Origin: a bacterium | GTDB taxonomy: Bacteria > Electryoneota > Electryoneia > Electryoneales > Electryoneaceae | Direction: 5' to 3' | Length of the DNA: 15,631 bases | Assembly: GCA_043801585.1 (NCBI GenBank) | Contig: JAZDLX010000024.1 | Location: forward strand, 1-15,631 | Part shown: positions 7,887 through 15,631 of the stretch, piece by piece | Numbering within the stretch: position 1 is the stretch's first letter | How the letters are laid out: each line of letters begins with the position of its first letter | Translations under genes and position numbers: made by a program | Notes under the pieces: model-generated | Seen by the model: the letters and a program-made list of their open reading frames with translations, nothing else | The model's database searches: none | Told to the model about the DNA's origin: nothing

Positions 7887-7923
7887 ATGTACCAGGTACA
7901 AAAGACTCATGTACCTGGTACAT
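7887..7923. repeat. 14-bp perfect inverted repeat whose arms are themselves palindromes; terminator- or REP-like
   Basis: ATGTACCAGGTACA (7887-7900), 9-nt loop, TGTACCTGGTACAT (7910-7923); lies about 25 bp past the stop of the 7947 gene. Confidence 0.75.
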
Positions 7924-7946
7924 TTTACTGCGTCATGTGGCAATGC

Positions 7947-10900
7947 TTACAGGTCAAACGCCAGAGACCAGAGATAACGCGGTCGTGTCACACGGTCCCA
8001 TTCGTTTTGCCACGCCATGTCGAATTTAAGCAGGGCGAATCCAACACCGATGCGCGCACCCCAACCGTAGCCCATGGCGATGCTTCCGAAGGTTGCCTGG
8101 CCATTCGATCCTTTAACCATTCCACGGAAGTTGTTGTCATCCCAGGCAGCGCCGAGGTCGGCGAAAAGCACTCCACGAACGTTGTAGAAGAAGAATGGCA
8201 GAGGCCATCCGAACGCAAGCTGGCGGATCAACGGAAACCTGAATTCAGCGTTCGCCAGCATGTAGCGGTTGCCCCATTTCTCGTAGTAAGCTGCACCACG
8301 AAGCGGAGTAGCGAATCCCGAGAAATAGATATCGTCGATCTGTACTCGAATGCTGTCGTTGAAGGTGGGATTGATCCAACCGGAAGTCCCCCCGAGAAAG
8401 AAGGTCTGGGGGTGTTCTCCAAAACTGGAGGCTCCCGCAAGACGGAACGCGAAATCGTAATCCCTGCCTATATGGAAGTACTGGCGTGCATCAAACGCAA
8501 CCGTCTTGAAATCCACTCCCCACAAATCCGTCACCGAATCGGGATTGGCGTTGGTGAAGCTGGGACTCCAGGTAAAGCCGATTCGATACCTCGAACCGTT
8601 CATCGGAGCCGTCCATCCCCAAAGGCTGTTGTCCGAAACGTAGGAGATCGTCGGCACAACGAAATGGCGCTTCTGGAACGGGAGATAATCATACTGCGGC
8701 CAGTCCCAGATCGTGCGGTCGATATTGACGAACGAAGCGGACAAGTCGATTCGTTTCGTCTTTGAAAGCGGATAAAGAAATTGACCCGTTGCGCCGTAAT
8801 TGACGTCCCGGATGTTGCCGTAATTGAAGAAATAGACGGTGTGAAAAATTCCCGCTCCCCAATCGTACCGGTTGGGCAGGTTGACGTAGTAAAGAGAGAA
8901 ATTGCTGTTCTCAAAGTTGTAGTAGAGATCGGTTCCGAGATACAGAACGTGGTTGCCGAGGATGTCGCTGAACATCATCTGGCCGTAACCCTGGAAACCG
9001 AAGAAGGTGCTGTACCCGGCGGTGGCGTACATCAGATCGGGAGTGAATTTGACGGTGTATTTCTTCGGAATGAACCGGCCACTCTCATCGAAAATGCTGT
9101 CCGGTGCCTCCTCGGCGAGATCTCGCCTCTCAACTTCCTGAAGGCTATTCGAGTAAAAGATGTAGTTCTGGTATCCGGTGCTTGTGATCCGACGACCCTG
9201 ACGATCGCCTGTTGTTGACCCTTGTGAGGATTTCCCGGTCTGAGTACTGTCGCCTGCCGATTCGGTTGTGGCAGTCGTGTCGCTCGAAGCGGGCTTCGGA
9301 GGGCTGGAAATGATCCGAATACGGCTGGCGTTCGACGGAATCAACGGAGAGGTTGACTGGTTTTCCGACTGCTCCATTGTCGAATCCGATTCCGCAGTTG
9401 CTGCTGATGTGGAATCCGACATGACCGGAACCTCTTGCCCGGTTTCCTCATCCGGGACGGGTTTCCCCAGTGAGCCGATTGATTCTGTAGAGGCCAGTTG
9501 AATCTCGTCGCTGTCCCGTTCCCTCTCCGCGGTGCTCAAGCTGTCCTCCGCTTCCAGCTCCTCTGCGGGCGGTTCATCCTTGATCAAGCCGCGAACCTTC
9601 TGCTGGTAATAGGTGAGTTCCGGTTCCTTGCGCCGGTCTGGATCAAAAGGATCCTTGTAGAGATAGATGTCATAACCGCCGTGATAGAAGCTTGAGAACG
9701 CCACTGTTCCCCGCTTGCTCCAGCTCGGGGTAGTGATACCTGTCAGAACATCGGTCACCGCCCATGTCTCGCCGCTGTTGAGGTCCATCATGTAGAGGTT
9801 ATACGCACCGGTGCGGTTGGACACGAAACTGATCGTATCCGGTTTCGAGGTCCACGTGGGTGTGCGATCCTCGTATTGATCGTCCGTCAAGCGGGAAACT
9901 TTTCCAGTCTCCGGATTGAGCAGGTACGCGTCGATCTGGTGGTAGTTGTAATTCCACATCTCAAAGTCTTCATTCACCTGACCGGCATAATCTTTGCGAT
10001 CCGAAGTGAAGAGGATCTTACCATTGGGCCCCCAATCCGGATCGTAATCGCTGAAAATATCATCGGTGACTTTGTGGACACTCGACGGATTGCCGACGTC
10101 CACGACGTAGATGTCACTTTGCCCGAAGTTGTGCGCGGAAAAGGCGATCTGTTTCCCGGAGGGTGACCATGTCGGGCTGAACAGGCCGTCCAGCTTGTAA
10201 TTGTACTCACCCGTCATCTCGCCCGTTTCGACGTTCACGGTATAAAGGACATCCCGCCCGGCTTGCTCCGCGACAAAAGCGATCTGGGTGCCATCGGGCG
10301 ACCAGTCGATCCAGGGCCGAACCCAGAGAAGCTGCTCAAAAAGGTAGATGTCCGAACCGCTTTTCAATACCCGCTTGATCACATCGCTGGTCACTGTGTT
10401 GACGAGATAAATACTGAGATAGTCATCCTTGTCGGAGAGCATCACCAGACGGTCGCCCTCGGGGGAGAGCGCGGGTGAGGTGTTGATGAAATTGTAGGTT
10501 TTCAGATGGTCGGTGATTTTCACTGCAAAATCTTCCGGTGCTTCGAACTTCGCGGAAGTCGGCCAGATCTGCCGTTTAAGGTGCCGATGCCAGCGCTTGG
10601 ACAAGTCCTCCAGATTGACACCCACCGCCTCTTTCAGTGCGCGGGCGAAATCGCGACGGTTGCGGATACGATTCATCAACTCGCCGATTTTCTTCTTGCC
10701 GTAGCGCTCCTCGAAGTAATACAGAACCGATTGCCCGCCCTTGTAGATGAAATAACCGCCGAGGTTACGGATGTCCGGCAGGTAATCATTGACGATCGCG
10801 TCCCGCATGTAAAGGTCTGCGTCGTCGTTCCAGCCATCCAGGGATTCGTATTCCGCCAGTCCCTCGATGTACCACAGGGGTACCGGAAGTCTGCTGAGCC

Positions 10901-11426
10901 CGGAAATAATGCTCTGTACGCCCTCACCGTACAGCATCCGCAGCATCACCGCGTGAGTCAGTTCGTGATGAATCGTATGACGGAATAACTCGTACGAGCC
11001 CTGGAAGGGGATTACCGCGCGATCCTTCAGGAATTCCGTGAAACCACCTACGGATTCATCCTGTTCGCCGCTTCCGACGTTATTGCTCTGGAAGGTGTTC
11101 TGGCTGGGATAGACGAGAATCGAAATGCGCCCTTCGAGTTTATAATTCCAATCGGCCTCCATCTTTTTCAGGGATTGTTCCGACACCCATCCCGTGAATT
11201 CGGCAAGGTTGTAGTTGTCTTTGGGGTAGTAGATATCGAAATGTTCAGTCTGGATGTAGTACCAGTTGAACGTCTGGTAATTCACTTTATTATGGCCAAA
11301 CTGAGCCCTTGCAGGATTCGCCGCAGCCAACACAAGTACTGCCGAAACCAAAACTACGGCTAAAACGCGAACCACTCCCCCCAGCCTTCTCGTGTCACGC
11401 ACTCCAATGCGGTCGCGGTAGGTCAT
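7947..11426 (-). CDS. Exported gluzincin-like (peptidase MA) domain + TolB/PD40 beta-propeller + low-complexity linker + Omp85/BamA-TamA-type beta-barrel
   Basis: ATG 11426 with GAGAGG RBS; signal peptide ending ARA/QFGHNKVNY; HHELTH...WYIEGLAEY; PD40 repeats (PALSPEG, WSPDG, PTWSPSG, PDWGPNG, PTWTS); barrel with LRG loop motif, NAEFRFPL, LFADLGAAW, GWGAR and FDMAW. Confidence 0.9.
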   Translation of the reverse strand: MTYRDRIGVRDTRRLGGVVRVLAVVLVSAVLVLAAANPARAQFGHNKVNYQTFNWYYIQTEHFDIYYPKDNYNLAEFTGWVSEQSLKKMEADWNYKLEGRISILVYPSQNTFQSNNVGSGEQDESVGGFTEFLKDRAVIPFQGSYELFRHTIHHELTHAVMLRMLYGEGVQSIISGLSRLPVPLWYIEGLAEYESLDGWNDDADLYMRDAIVNDYLPDIRNLGGYFIYKGGQSVLYYFEERYGKKKIGELMNRIRNRRDFARALKEAVGVNLEDLSKRWHRHLKRQIWPTSAKFEAPEDFAVKITDHLKTYNFINTSPALSPEGDRLVMLSDKDDYLSIYLVNTVTSDVIKRVLKSGSDIYLFEQLLWVRPWIDWSPDGTQIAFVAEQAGRDVLYTVNVETGEMTGEYNYKLDGLFSPTWSPSGKQIAFSAHNFGQSDIYVVDVGNPSSVHKVTDDIFSDYDPDWGPNGKILFTSDRKDYAGQVNEDFEMWNYNYHQIDAYLLNPETGKVSRLTDDQYEDRTPTWTSKPDTISFVSNRTGAYNLYMMDLNSGETWAVTDVLTGITTPSWSKRGTVAFSSFYHGGYDIYLYKDPFDPDRRKEPELTYYQQKVRGLIKDEPPAEELEAEDSLSTAERERDSDEIQLASTESIGSLGKPVPDEETGQEVPVMSDSTSAATAESDSTMEQSENQSTSPLIPSNASRIRIISSPPKPASSDTTATTESAGDSTQTGKSSQGSTTGDRQGRRITSTGYQNYIFYSNSLQEVERRDLAEEAPDSIFDESGRFIPKKYTVKFTPDLMYATAGYSTFFGFQGYGQMMFSDILGNHVLYLGTDLYYNFENSNFSLYYVNLPNRYDWGAGIFHTVYFFNYGNIRDVNYGATGQFLYPLSKTKRIDLSASFVNIDRTIWDWPQYDYLPFQKRHFVVPTISYVSDNSLWGWTAPMNGSRYRIGFTWSPSFTNANPDSVTDLWGVDFKTVAFDARQYFHIGRDYDFAFRLAGASSFGEHPQTFFLGGTSGWINPTFNDSIRVQIDDIYFSGFATPLRGAAYYEKWGNRYMLANAEFRFPLIRQLAFGWPLPFFFYNVRGVLFADLGAAWDDNNFRGMVKGSNGQATFGSIAMGYGWGARIGVGFALLKFDMAWQNEWDRVTRPRYLWSLAFDL

Positions 11427-11552
11427 AAAAATCCTCTCATCGGCTCCGATGGGAAAGGAATATTTCCTTCCCCTACTAAAGTACACACGCGAAGGAATCA
11501 TTCGATCCCATCCGCACCACCGAACCAGAGAGACGAGCCCTCACGGGATACT

Positions 11553-12017
11553 CTAACGGATCTGCCCCTCCAGACCCACAGCCCGCCGCAATATCCCCGC
11601 TTGCCCAAGATGGTAAGCTTCATGAAAATTGTAAAATAAGACGGCATTTCCAAGGGTTCCGAATTCTCCACCCTCTCCGGTCATCTCCGCCCCGGGCAGC
11701 GCCTGATGCAAACGCTCGTCGATACGATCCCAATGAGAGACAAGTTCATCAAGCGTCATCAGTTCTTCGTCCCTGTACCCGCCTTCTCGAACCCGGCGGT
11801 AGGGTTCAAGCCGCTCCTCCAGATCGTGACGCTCACCACCGAGCAAACTGAGCAGATCCAGCCGGCTTTTCAGCAAATGGCCCAACACCCAGTTAAGACT
11901 GTTTCCTCCACCGCTCATCCGGATCAGCGATTTTTCAATGGTGAATCCTTCGAGATTGCGTTTCAACAACCCCGTATTTCGTGTAAATTCGTCCACCATT
12001 TCCGCACCGGTTATCAT
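11553..12017 (-). CDS. DinB/YfiT-superfamily protein
   Basis: NSLNWVLGHL and HEAYHLGQ give the His triad of the DinB four-helix fold; the start overlaps the MarR stop (ATGA). Confidence 0.88.
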   Translation of the reverse strand: MITGAEMVDEFTRNTGLLKRNLEGFTIEKSLIRMSGGGNSLNWVLGHLLKSRLDLLSLLGGERHDLEERLEPYRRVREGGYRDEELMTLDELVSHWDRIDERLHQALPGAEMTGEGGEFGTLGNAVLFYNFHEAYHLGQAGILRRAVGLEGQIR

Positions 12018-12451
12018 CCGCTCTCCTCCATCGCGGAAATGCGAGTGACCTCATTGACCGCCACCATCACCGATACAAATCCTTCCACCTCTTCCTCGCT
12101 GGTCCTGATCCGGATCTCCTCCTCGAACTCTTCGAGCCGGCGATGAATCTGTTCCGCGATCAGGGAACCTTCGGGAGTGAGTTCAAGCAGGAAGGAACGA
12201 CGATCCTTCGGATCCACCCTGCGCATCACCGCCTTCGCCTTCTCCAACCGTTTCAGGATACTCGTCAATGTCGAAGGCTTGATCCCGAACGCTTCCGCCA
12301 ACTGCCCGACGGGACAGGGACCGTAAACGGTGAGGTATGAAAGAAGGTGTGCCTCTGTCCCCGACACCCCAAGGGGAAGACCCTCCTGTTCAAGGTGACG
12401 TCCAATATGGCGCCAAGCGCGGTGGATGGAAGCGAGAAAGGGATGCGGCAT
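12014..12451 (-). CDS. MarR-family transcriptional regulator
   Basis: Winged HTH: LAEAFGIKPSTLTSILKRLE...VDPKDRRSFLLELTPEG. Confidence 0.93.
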   Translation of the reverse strand: MPHPFLASIHRAWRHIGRHLEQEGLPLGVSGTEAHLLSYLTVYGPCPVGQLAEAFGIKPSTLTSILKRLEKAKAVMRRVDPKDRRSFLLELTPEGSLIAEQIHRRLEEFEEEIRIRTSEEEVEGFVSVMVAVNEVTRISAMEESG

Positions 12452-12485
12452 TAAAAACTCCGGAACGCAACCTGCGGTTTATTGC

Positions 12486-12525
12486 TACGATATCGTATCA
12501 TACGTACCAGACATTTGTTGCGCAA
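12486..12525 (-). promoter_or_regulatory. Sigma70-type promoter with overlapping palindromic operator for marR-dinB
   Basis: On the - strand TTGCGC (12525-12520), 17 bp, TATGAT (12502-12497); the perfect palindrome TACGATATCGTA (12486-12497) covers the expected start site; a second palindrome GTTGCGCAAC (12517-12526) covers the -35. Confidence 0.7.
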
Positions 12526-12536
12526 CGCACAAAATC

Positions 12537-14210
12537 TCAATCGTCAAGCACCTCGAGCATCCGTTGAACTCGATGACGCACCGTATGCCGCTCGAGTACC
12601 ACCCTTCTCAACTCGGTCGCATGTTCATGCCGAGCGTCAGCGTTCACGACGAGGGAGGCAGCCAGATCGGCGAGCTGCTGGGGGGTTTCGAAAGTCAGCG
12701 ATGAAATTGCATCCCCGAAAAGATCATCCAATTCTTCCAGGCGGTCGGTGAGCACACACCCTCCGGCGGCGGGGATGTCGAAAAGACGCTGGTTGGGCCA
12801 TGCCCTCATCTGGAGATTGGTCAGGCTGATGTGGACGGCGTCGGAAGCGTAAATCCGTGGCAGGTCGCGGTCGTAGTCCGCAAGCCCGCGCAGTTCGATT
12901 TCATCCGGCAGCCTGCCCTCCCATCCAGCCCCGTAGACGATTGGATGAAGAGGTGCGAGAGCGCGCAAGGCGGATTCCCGCCATTGCTGGTTCGCCCTTT
13001 GGACAACCCAGGCGGCAAGCCGCCGTTCCGCCTCCAGTTCAAAATGACCTTCTAACCCCAGAGAAGCGACGACCTCCCTGACCCGCTGGGGAGCTGGAGG
13101 ACGGCGCGAGCGCATCACCTCCTCTATCAGCTCTTCAGCGACAGGAATCGCCTTCAGATCCTCGTCCAGCCGGGCAAAGAATCCTTCCGCCGAGGCAAAA
13201 CGGGGGCTTCCGACGAAAACCACTCTCCCCTTCAAGTCCGGGTCGCCATCGCCGGGTTGAAAGAGGTCGGGATCAGTCGCCAGGGGCAACGGCTCAGCAC
13301 GGGTGAAGCCGAGCTCGTACCATCCGTCCATGCCATTCCTGTCCCAACAGAAAGCGACACGATCCCGCCCGGCTCCCATCGCTTCCGCGGGACCGATGAG
13401 AAACCGGGGGTCGTCGAGCAGCCAGGTTCCCCAGCCGATGCCGAGTTGTTGGCAAAGTTCAGGCAGAATGCCGCCGGGGTCAGCGCCGAGCAGGTTGGTC
13501 GAAAGGATGATGTCCGGAGAATGGCGGTCGATCAGCGACAATCCCTTCTCAACGGTCAGCGGCTTTCGGGCCACGGGATCGGCCAGCTGAACGTCAACCC
13601 CACCCTGCTCGAGGGCGCGGCGCATTTCCTTCTCCATCAACCCACCGCTCCCCAGCAGGAGGATCCGTTTGGAAGGCGAGGACTTTTTCACATCCGGGCG
13701 ATAAGAACGCAACGCCACACGCACCGCGAGGCTGCCAAACAGTGCCGGGAAAACGACTTTTTCTCTCGGATGCTCCACGGTTACGGCGTTCGGATTTGAC
13801 GCGAGCCACCCTTCGATTTCTTCTCCCCACACACGTTCAGGATCGTTCCCCGAGACGATCCGGATCTCGATGTTTTCGGGCGCCCCACCCGCCTGTTCGA
13901 TCCGTTCCAAAGTCCGCTGTGCGAGAATACGCGAACCTGTAACAAGAAGAGCGGCGTTCACTCCGCGTGCGATCAGCTCCTCGGCGAAAAACCCGCTGCC
14001 GCAGCCGATCACGAGGATACTGGACGCATCCGGCGCAACACGGTCAAAGGCACGGCGAGCTTCTCCCCTCGGTTCCCACGGGCTGTCCACCGTTTTCCAG
14101 CCGTCGGGAGTGTTGAGCGAGAAAGCCGTTTTCAACCCGCCGCGCGCCAGCTCTTCACGGGCCTCCTCGGAATGGCCGGGAGGCAGCAGGTCATTCCAGC
14201 GGATGCTCAT
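12537..14210 (-). CDS. CgeB-like (GT-B, Glyco_trans_1_2) glycosyltransferase with an N-terminal Maf-like/Rossmann-type domain (about 557 aa)
   Basis: WLLDDP, LPLATDP, FVGS, VYGAGW, NQRLFDIPAAGGCVLTD, ERHTVRHR are typical of CgeB-type proteins; N-terminal DSPWEPRGEARR and ILVIGCGSGF; ATG at 14210 overlaps the upstream stop (ATGA). Confidence 0.82.
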   Translation of the reverse strand: MSIRWNDLLPPGHSEEAREELARGGLKTAFSLNTPDGWKTVDSPWEPRGEARRAFDRVAPDASSILVIGCGSGFFAEELIARGVNAALLVTGSRILAQRTLERIEQAGGAPENIEIRIVSGNDPERVWGEEIEGWLASNPNAVTVEHPREKVVFPALFGSLAVRVALRSYRPDVKKSSPSKRILLLGSGGLMEKEMRRALEQGGVDVQLADPVARKPLTVEKGLSLIDRHSPDIILSTNLLGADPGGILPELCQQLGIGWGTWLLDDPRFLIGPAEAMGAGRDRVAFCWDRNGMDGWYELGFTRAEPLPLATDPDLFQPGDGDPDLKGRVVFVGSPRFASAEGFFARLDEDLKAIPVAEELIEEVMRSRRPPAPQRVREVVASLGLEGHFELEAERRLAAWVVQRANQQWRESALRALAPLHPIVYGAGWEGRLPDEIELRGLADYDRDLPRIYASDAVHISLTNLQMRAWPNQRLFDIPAAGGCVLTDRLEELDDLFGDAISSLTFETPQQLADLAASLVVNADARHEHATELRRVVLERHTVRHRVQRMLEVLDD

Positions 14211-14983
14211 GAATGGATCTCCGGCAACGGTTCGAAGGGCACCTGGAACGGCACCTCCCTGGAATACCGCTCGAGGAATTTCGACAGGTCCCCGCGCCAC
14301 TGGGGACTCTCCACCGTCGCCCCGCCGCTTCCGTGCACCAGCAGCAACGGAATCGTCCAGTTTTTCAATCCGGCGAGATCGGCGTTCAAACTGAGTTCGA
14401 GATCATAGAAATGAAAACGGTCCGGAGTTGGACGCGGTGGAGCCATTTTCCGGAACGCCGCCCCTGTTGTCATCAGGAAAACCCCGTCGAGCACCGCCAC
14501 ACGGCCCCACGGTCCGTAAGCGTTGATCTTCGGACTCTCGCCTTCAACGTTATGAAGAACCGCGCCTGACAGCTTGTGTCCGTTCCACCAGGAGCAGGAG
14601 AGATCGAGGTCGCAAGACCCCGCCACACCAAGGAATCCGGTGTCCTCACGCTCGAGAAGCTCTGCCGCATGACGAACCCAATTGCGCGGAGACTGGAAAA
14701 CGGGAGTTATCCACGACGCCGATTCGGGGAGTGCGGGCACGAGGACGGGAGTCGATTCTGACACATGGAAGGGCAGAACATCCTGGTGCGCGAAGATTAA
14801 CCACGCCTCGTCATCGTCAATCAGGCGAGCGGCGTTGTGATAGGCGGCGAACAGCGAGCTGACCACCCCCAGCCTGAACGTTTCCACCGTCTCCAGCCCC
14901 AGATGCCAGGCGAAGGATGCCTCAAGCGTATCCAGGGCCTGAGCATCCTCCCCCGTCGTCACGATTACCACTCGCCGCTGCAC
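14207..14983 (-). CDS. GT-A fold glycosyltransferase (Glyco_tranf_2_5-like)
   Basis: SLFAAYH, IFAHQDV, LGVAGS, AVLDGVFL, FHFYDLELS, LLVHGSGG; GTG start with GGAGG upstream. Confidence 0.85.
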   Translation of the reverse strand: MQRRVVIVTTGEDAQALDTLEASFAWHLGLETVETFRLGVVSSLFAAYHNAARLIDDDEAWLIFAHQDVLPFHVSESTPVLVPALPESASWITPVFQSPRNWVRHAAELLEREDTGFLGVAGSCDLDLSCSWWNGHKLSGAVLHNVEGESPKINAYGPWGRVAVLDGVFLMTTGAAFRKMAPPRPTPDRFHFYDLELSLNADLAGLKNWTIPLLLVHGSGGATVESPQWRGDLSKFLERYSREVPFQVPFEPLPEIHS

Positions 14984-15125
14984 CCGTTAGCCCTCCATGA
15001 TGATGGGCATAAGGTACACGGCGGAGCGGCCTCGCGCACCCCGAACGATGCAGGAAGAGATTTCGCCAACTTGTTAGTTATTCTTGTCCATATATACTGA
15101 AGTGAAGGTGCATTTGCCACGTCGG

Positions 15126-15251
15126 GAGATCCTTCGCTTTGTTTGGAATGACCATTTTGTAAGTTGGGGTTTTTGGCTTGTCCGCCCTCCGGCGGAACCC
15201 GGTTTCCTTTTTCCGTCATTCTGAATCCGCCAACTGGCGGATGAAGAATCT
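15126..15251. repeat. Cluster of REP-like units (GAGATCCTTCG...GAATGAC, GTCATTCTGAA...GAAGAATCT) and TCCGCC/GGCGGA mini-hairpins
   Basis: GAGATCCTTCGCTTTGTTTGGAATGAC (15126-15152); TCCGCC-ctcc-GGCGGA (15181-15196); GTCATTCTGA-ATCCGCCA-ac-TGGCGGAT-GAAGAATCT (15215-15251). Confidence 0.65.
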
Positions 15252-15273
15252 TTCGACGCGAGCACTTCAACAG

Positions 15274-15344
15274 GTAGCCCGGGACCAACGTGTCCCGGGG
15301 ATACAATTCCATGCCCCCCCCGGCATGCGGTGATGCCGGGCTAC
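15274..15344. repeat. Inverted doublet of GTAG-type REP sequences (REPIN-like)
   Basis: GTAG-CCCGGGAC-caacgt-GTCCCGGG (15274-15299) and CCCGGCAT-gcggtg-ATGCCGGG-CTAC (15319-15344): two 8-bp hairpins with 6-nt loops, each with a GTAG foot, in opposite orientations. Confidence 0.8.
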
Positions 15345-15456
15345 ATTCATCGTCCTACTCGCGAATACACCATCAGTCGCAAGCCTTTCATCTGTCATCA
15401 CCAATGCCGGCAGTTCAGCACGCGGTGATCTCCAAAGGTTTTTACACTCTTACCAT

Positions 15457-15631
15457 TCACTTCACCAGCACAATTCGCCGCGCCTGGACCCCTTTCCCCG
15501 ATGACCCCGACAACGGCATGACACGAAGTACGTACATCCCGGAAGCGAGGTTGTTCAGATCCAACATCCGAACATTCCCCGCCATTACCTCGCCTATCTG
15601 CATCTGACGACCCAGTAAATCGTACAGGGTA
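15457..15631 (-). CDS. 3' end of a protein with a T9SS type-A C-terminal sorting domain (partial)
   Basis: Manual translation: TLYDLLGRQMQIGEVMAGNVRMLDLNNLASGMYVLRVMPLSGSSGKGVQARRIVLVK*, containing YDxxGR, LxSGxY and terminal RIVLVK motifs. Not in the ORF track. Confidence 0.9.
   Translation of the reverse strand, partial: TLYDLLGRQMQIGEVMAGNVRMLDLNNLASGMYVLRVMPLSGSSGKGVQARRIVLVK

Noticed and set aside
7887..8765. 292-aa + strand ORF and other long antisense ORFs (e.g. 416-1207, 2258-2911, 4922-5593, 13257-13799)
   Set aside because: They lie antisense to well-supported genes and have no motifs; typical shadow ORFs of GC-rich DNA.
11427..11501. Upstream start of the Omp85-type gene
   Set aside because: ATG 11426 has a GAGAGG RBS and places the signal peptide nearer the N-terminus.
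14211..14300. Upstream start of the CgeB-like gene
   Set aside because: It would overlap the upstream GT by about 90 bp; ATG 14210 gives a standard ATGA coupling.
14965..15607. ORFs 14965-15312 (-), 15074-15265 (-) and 15290-15607 (+)
   Set aside because: They run across REP-like repeats or antisense to the T9SS CTD gene and show no protein motifs.

Overview
GC-rich bacterial chromosomal window, probably from an FCB-superphylum organism (inferred from a T9SS type-A C-terminal sorting domain at the right edge and a peptidase/propeller/Omp85 fusion). Left to right: the 5' part of an MBL-fold hydrolase (-, missed by the ORF track); an Hrq1/MrfA/SftH-type DExH helicase with DUF1998 fused to a DEDDy exonuclease (+); then, all on the - strand, an MFS transporter, a secreted probable beta-barrel protein, a decayed small 4Fe-4S ferredoxin pseudogene (missed as such by the ORF track), diaminopropionate ammonia-lyase, a gluzincin-TolB-Omp85 fusion, a MarR-DinB pair with a clear promoter and operator, two coupled glycosyltransferases, and the 3' end of a T9SS cargo gene. 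The intergenic DNA carries several unrelated inverted-repeat elements: a 94-bp AT-rich element with perfect 26-bp terminal inverted repeats and a CAT direct repeat, a CAGGAT 9-mer inverted array, a GTAG REP doublet and GTCATT/GAATGAC REP-like units. No transposase, CRISPR array, rRNA or tRNA was seen. I cannot show from sequence alone that any of this is a wholly new system. The best leads are the helicase-exonuclease fusion, the 94-bp element, the Omp85 fusion and the ferredoxin relic.
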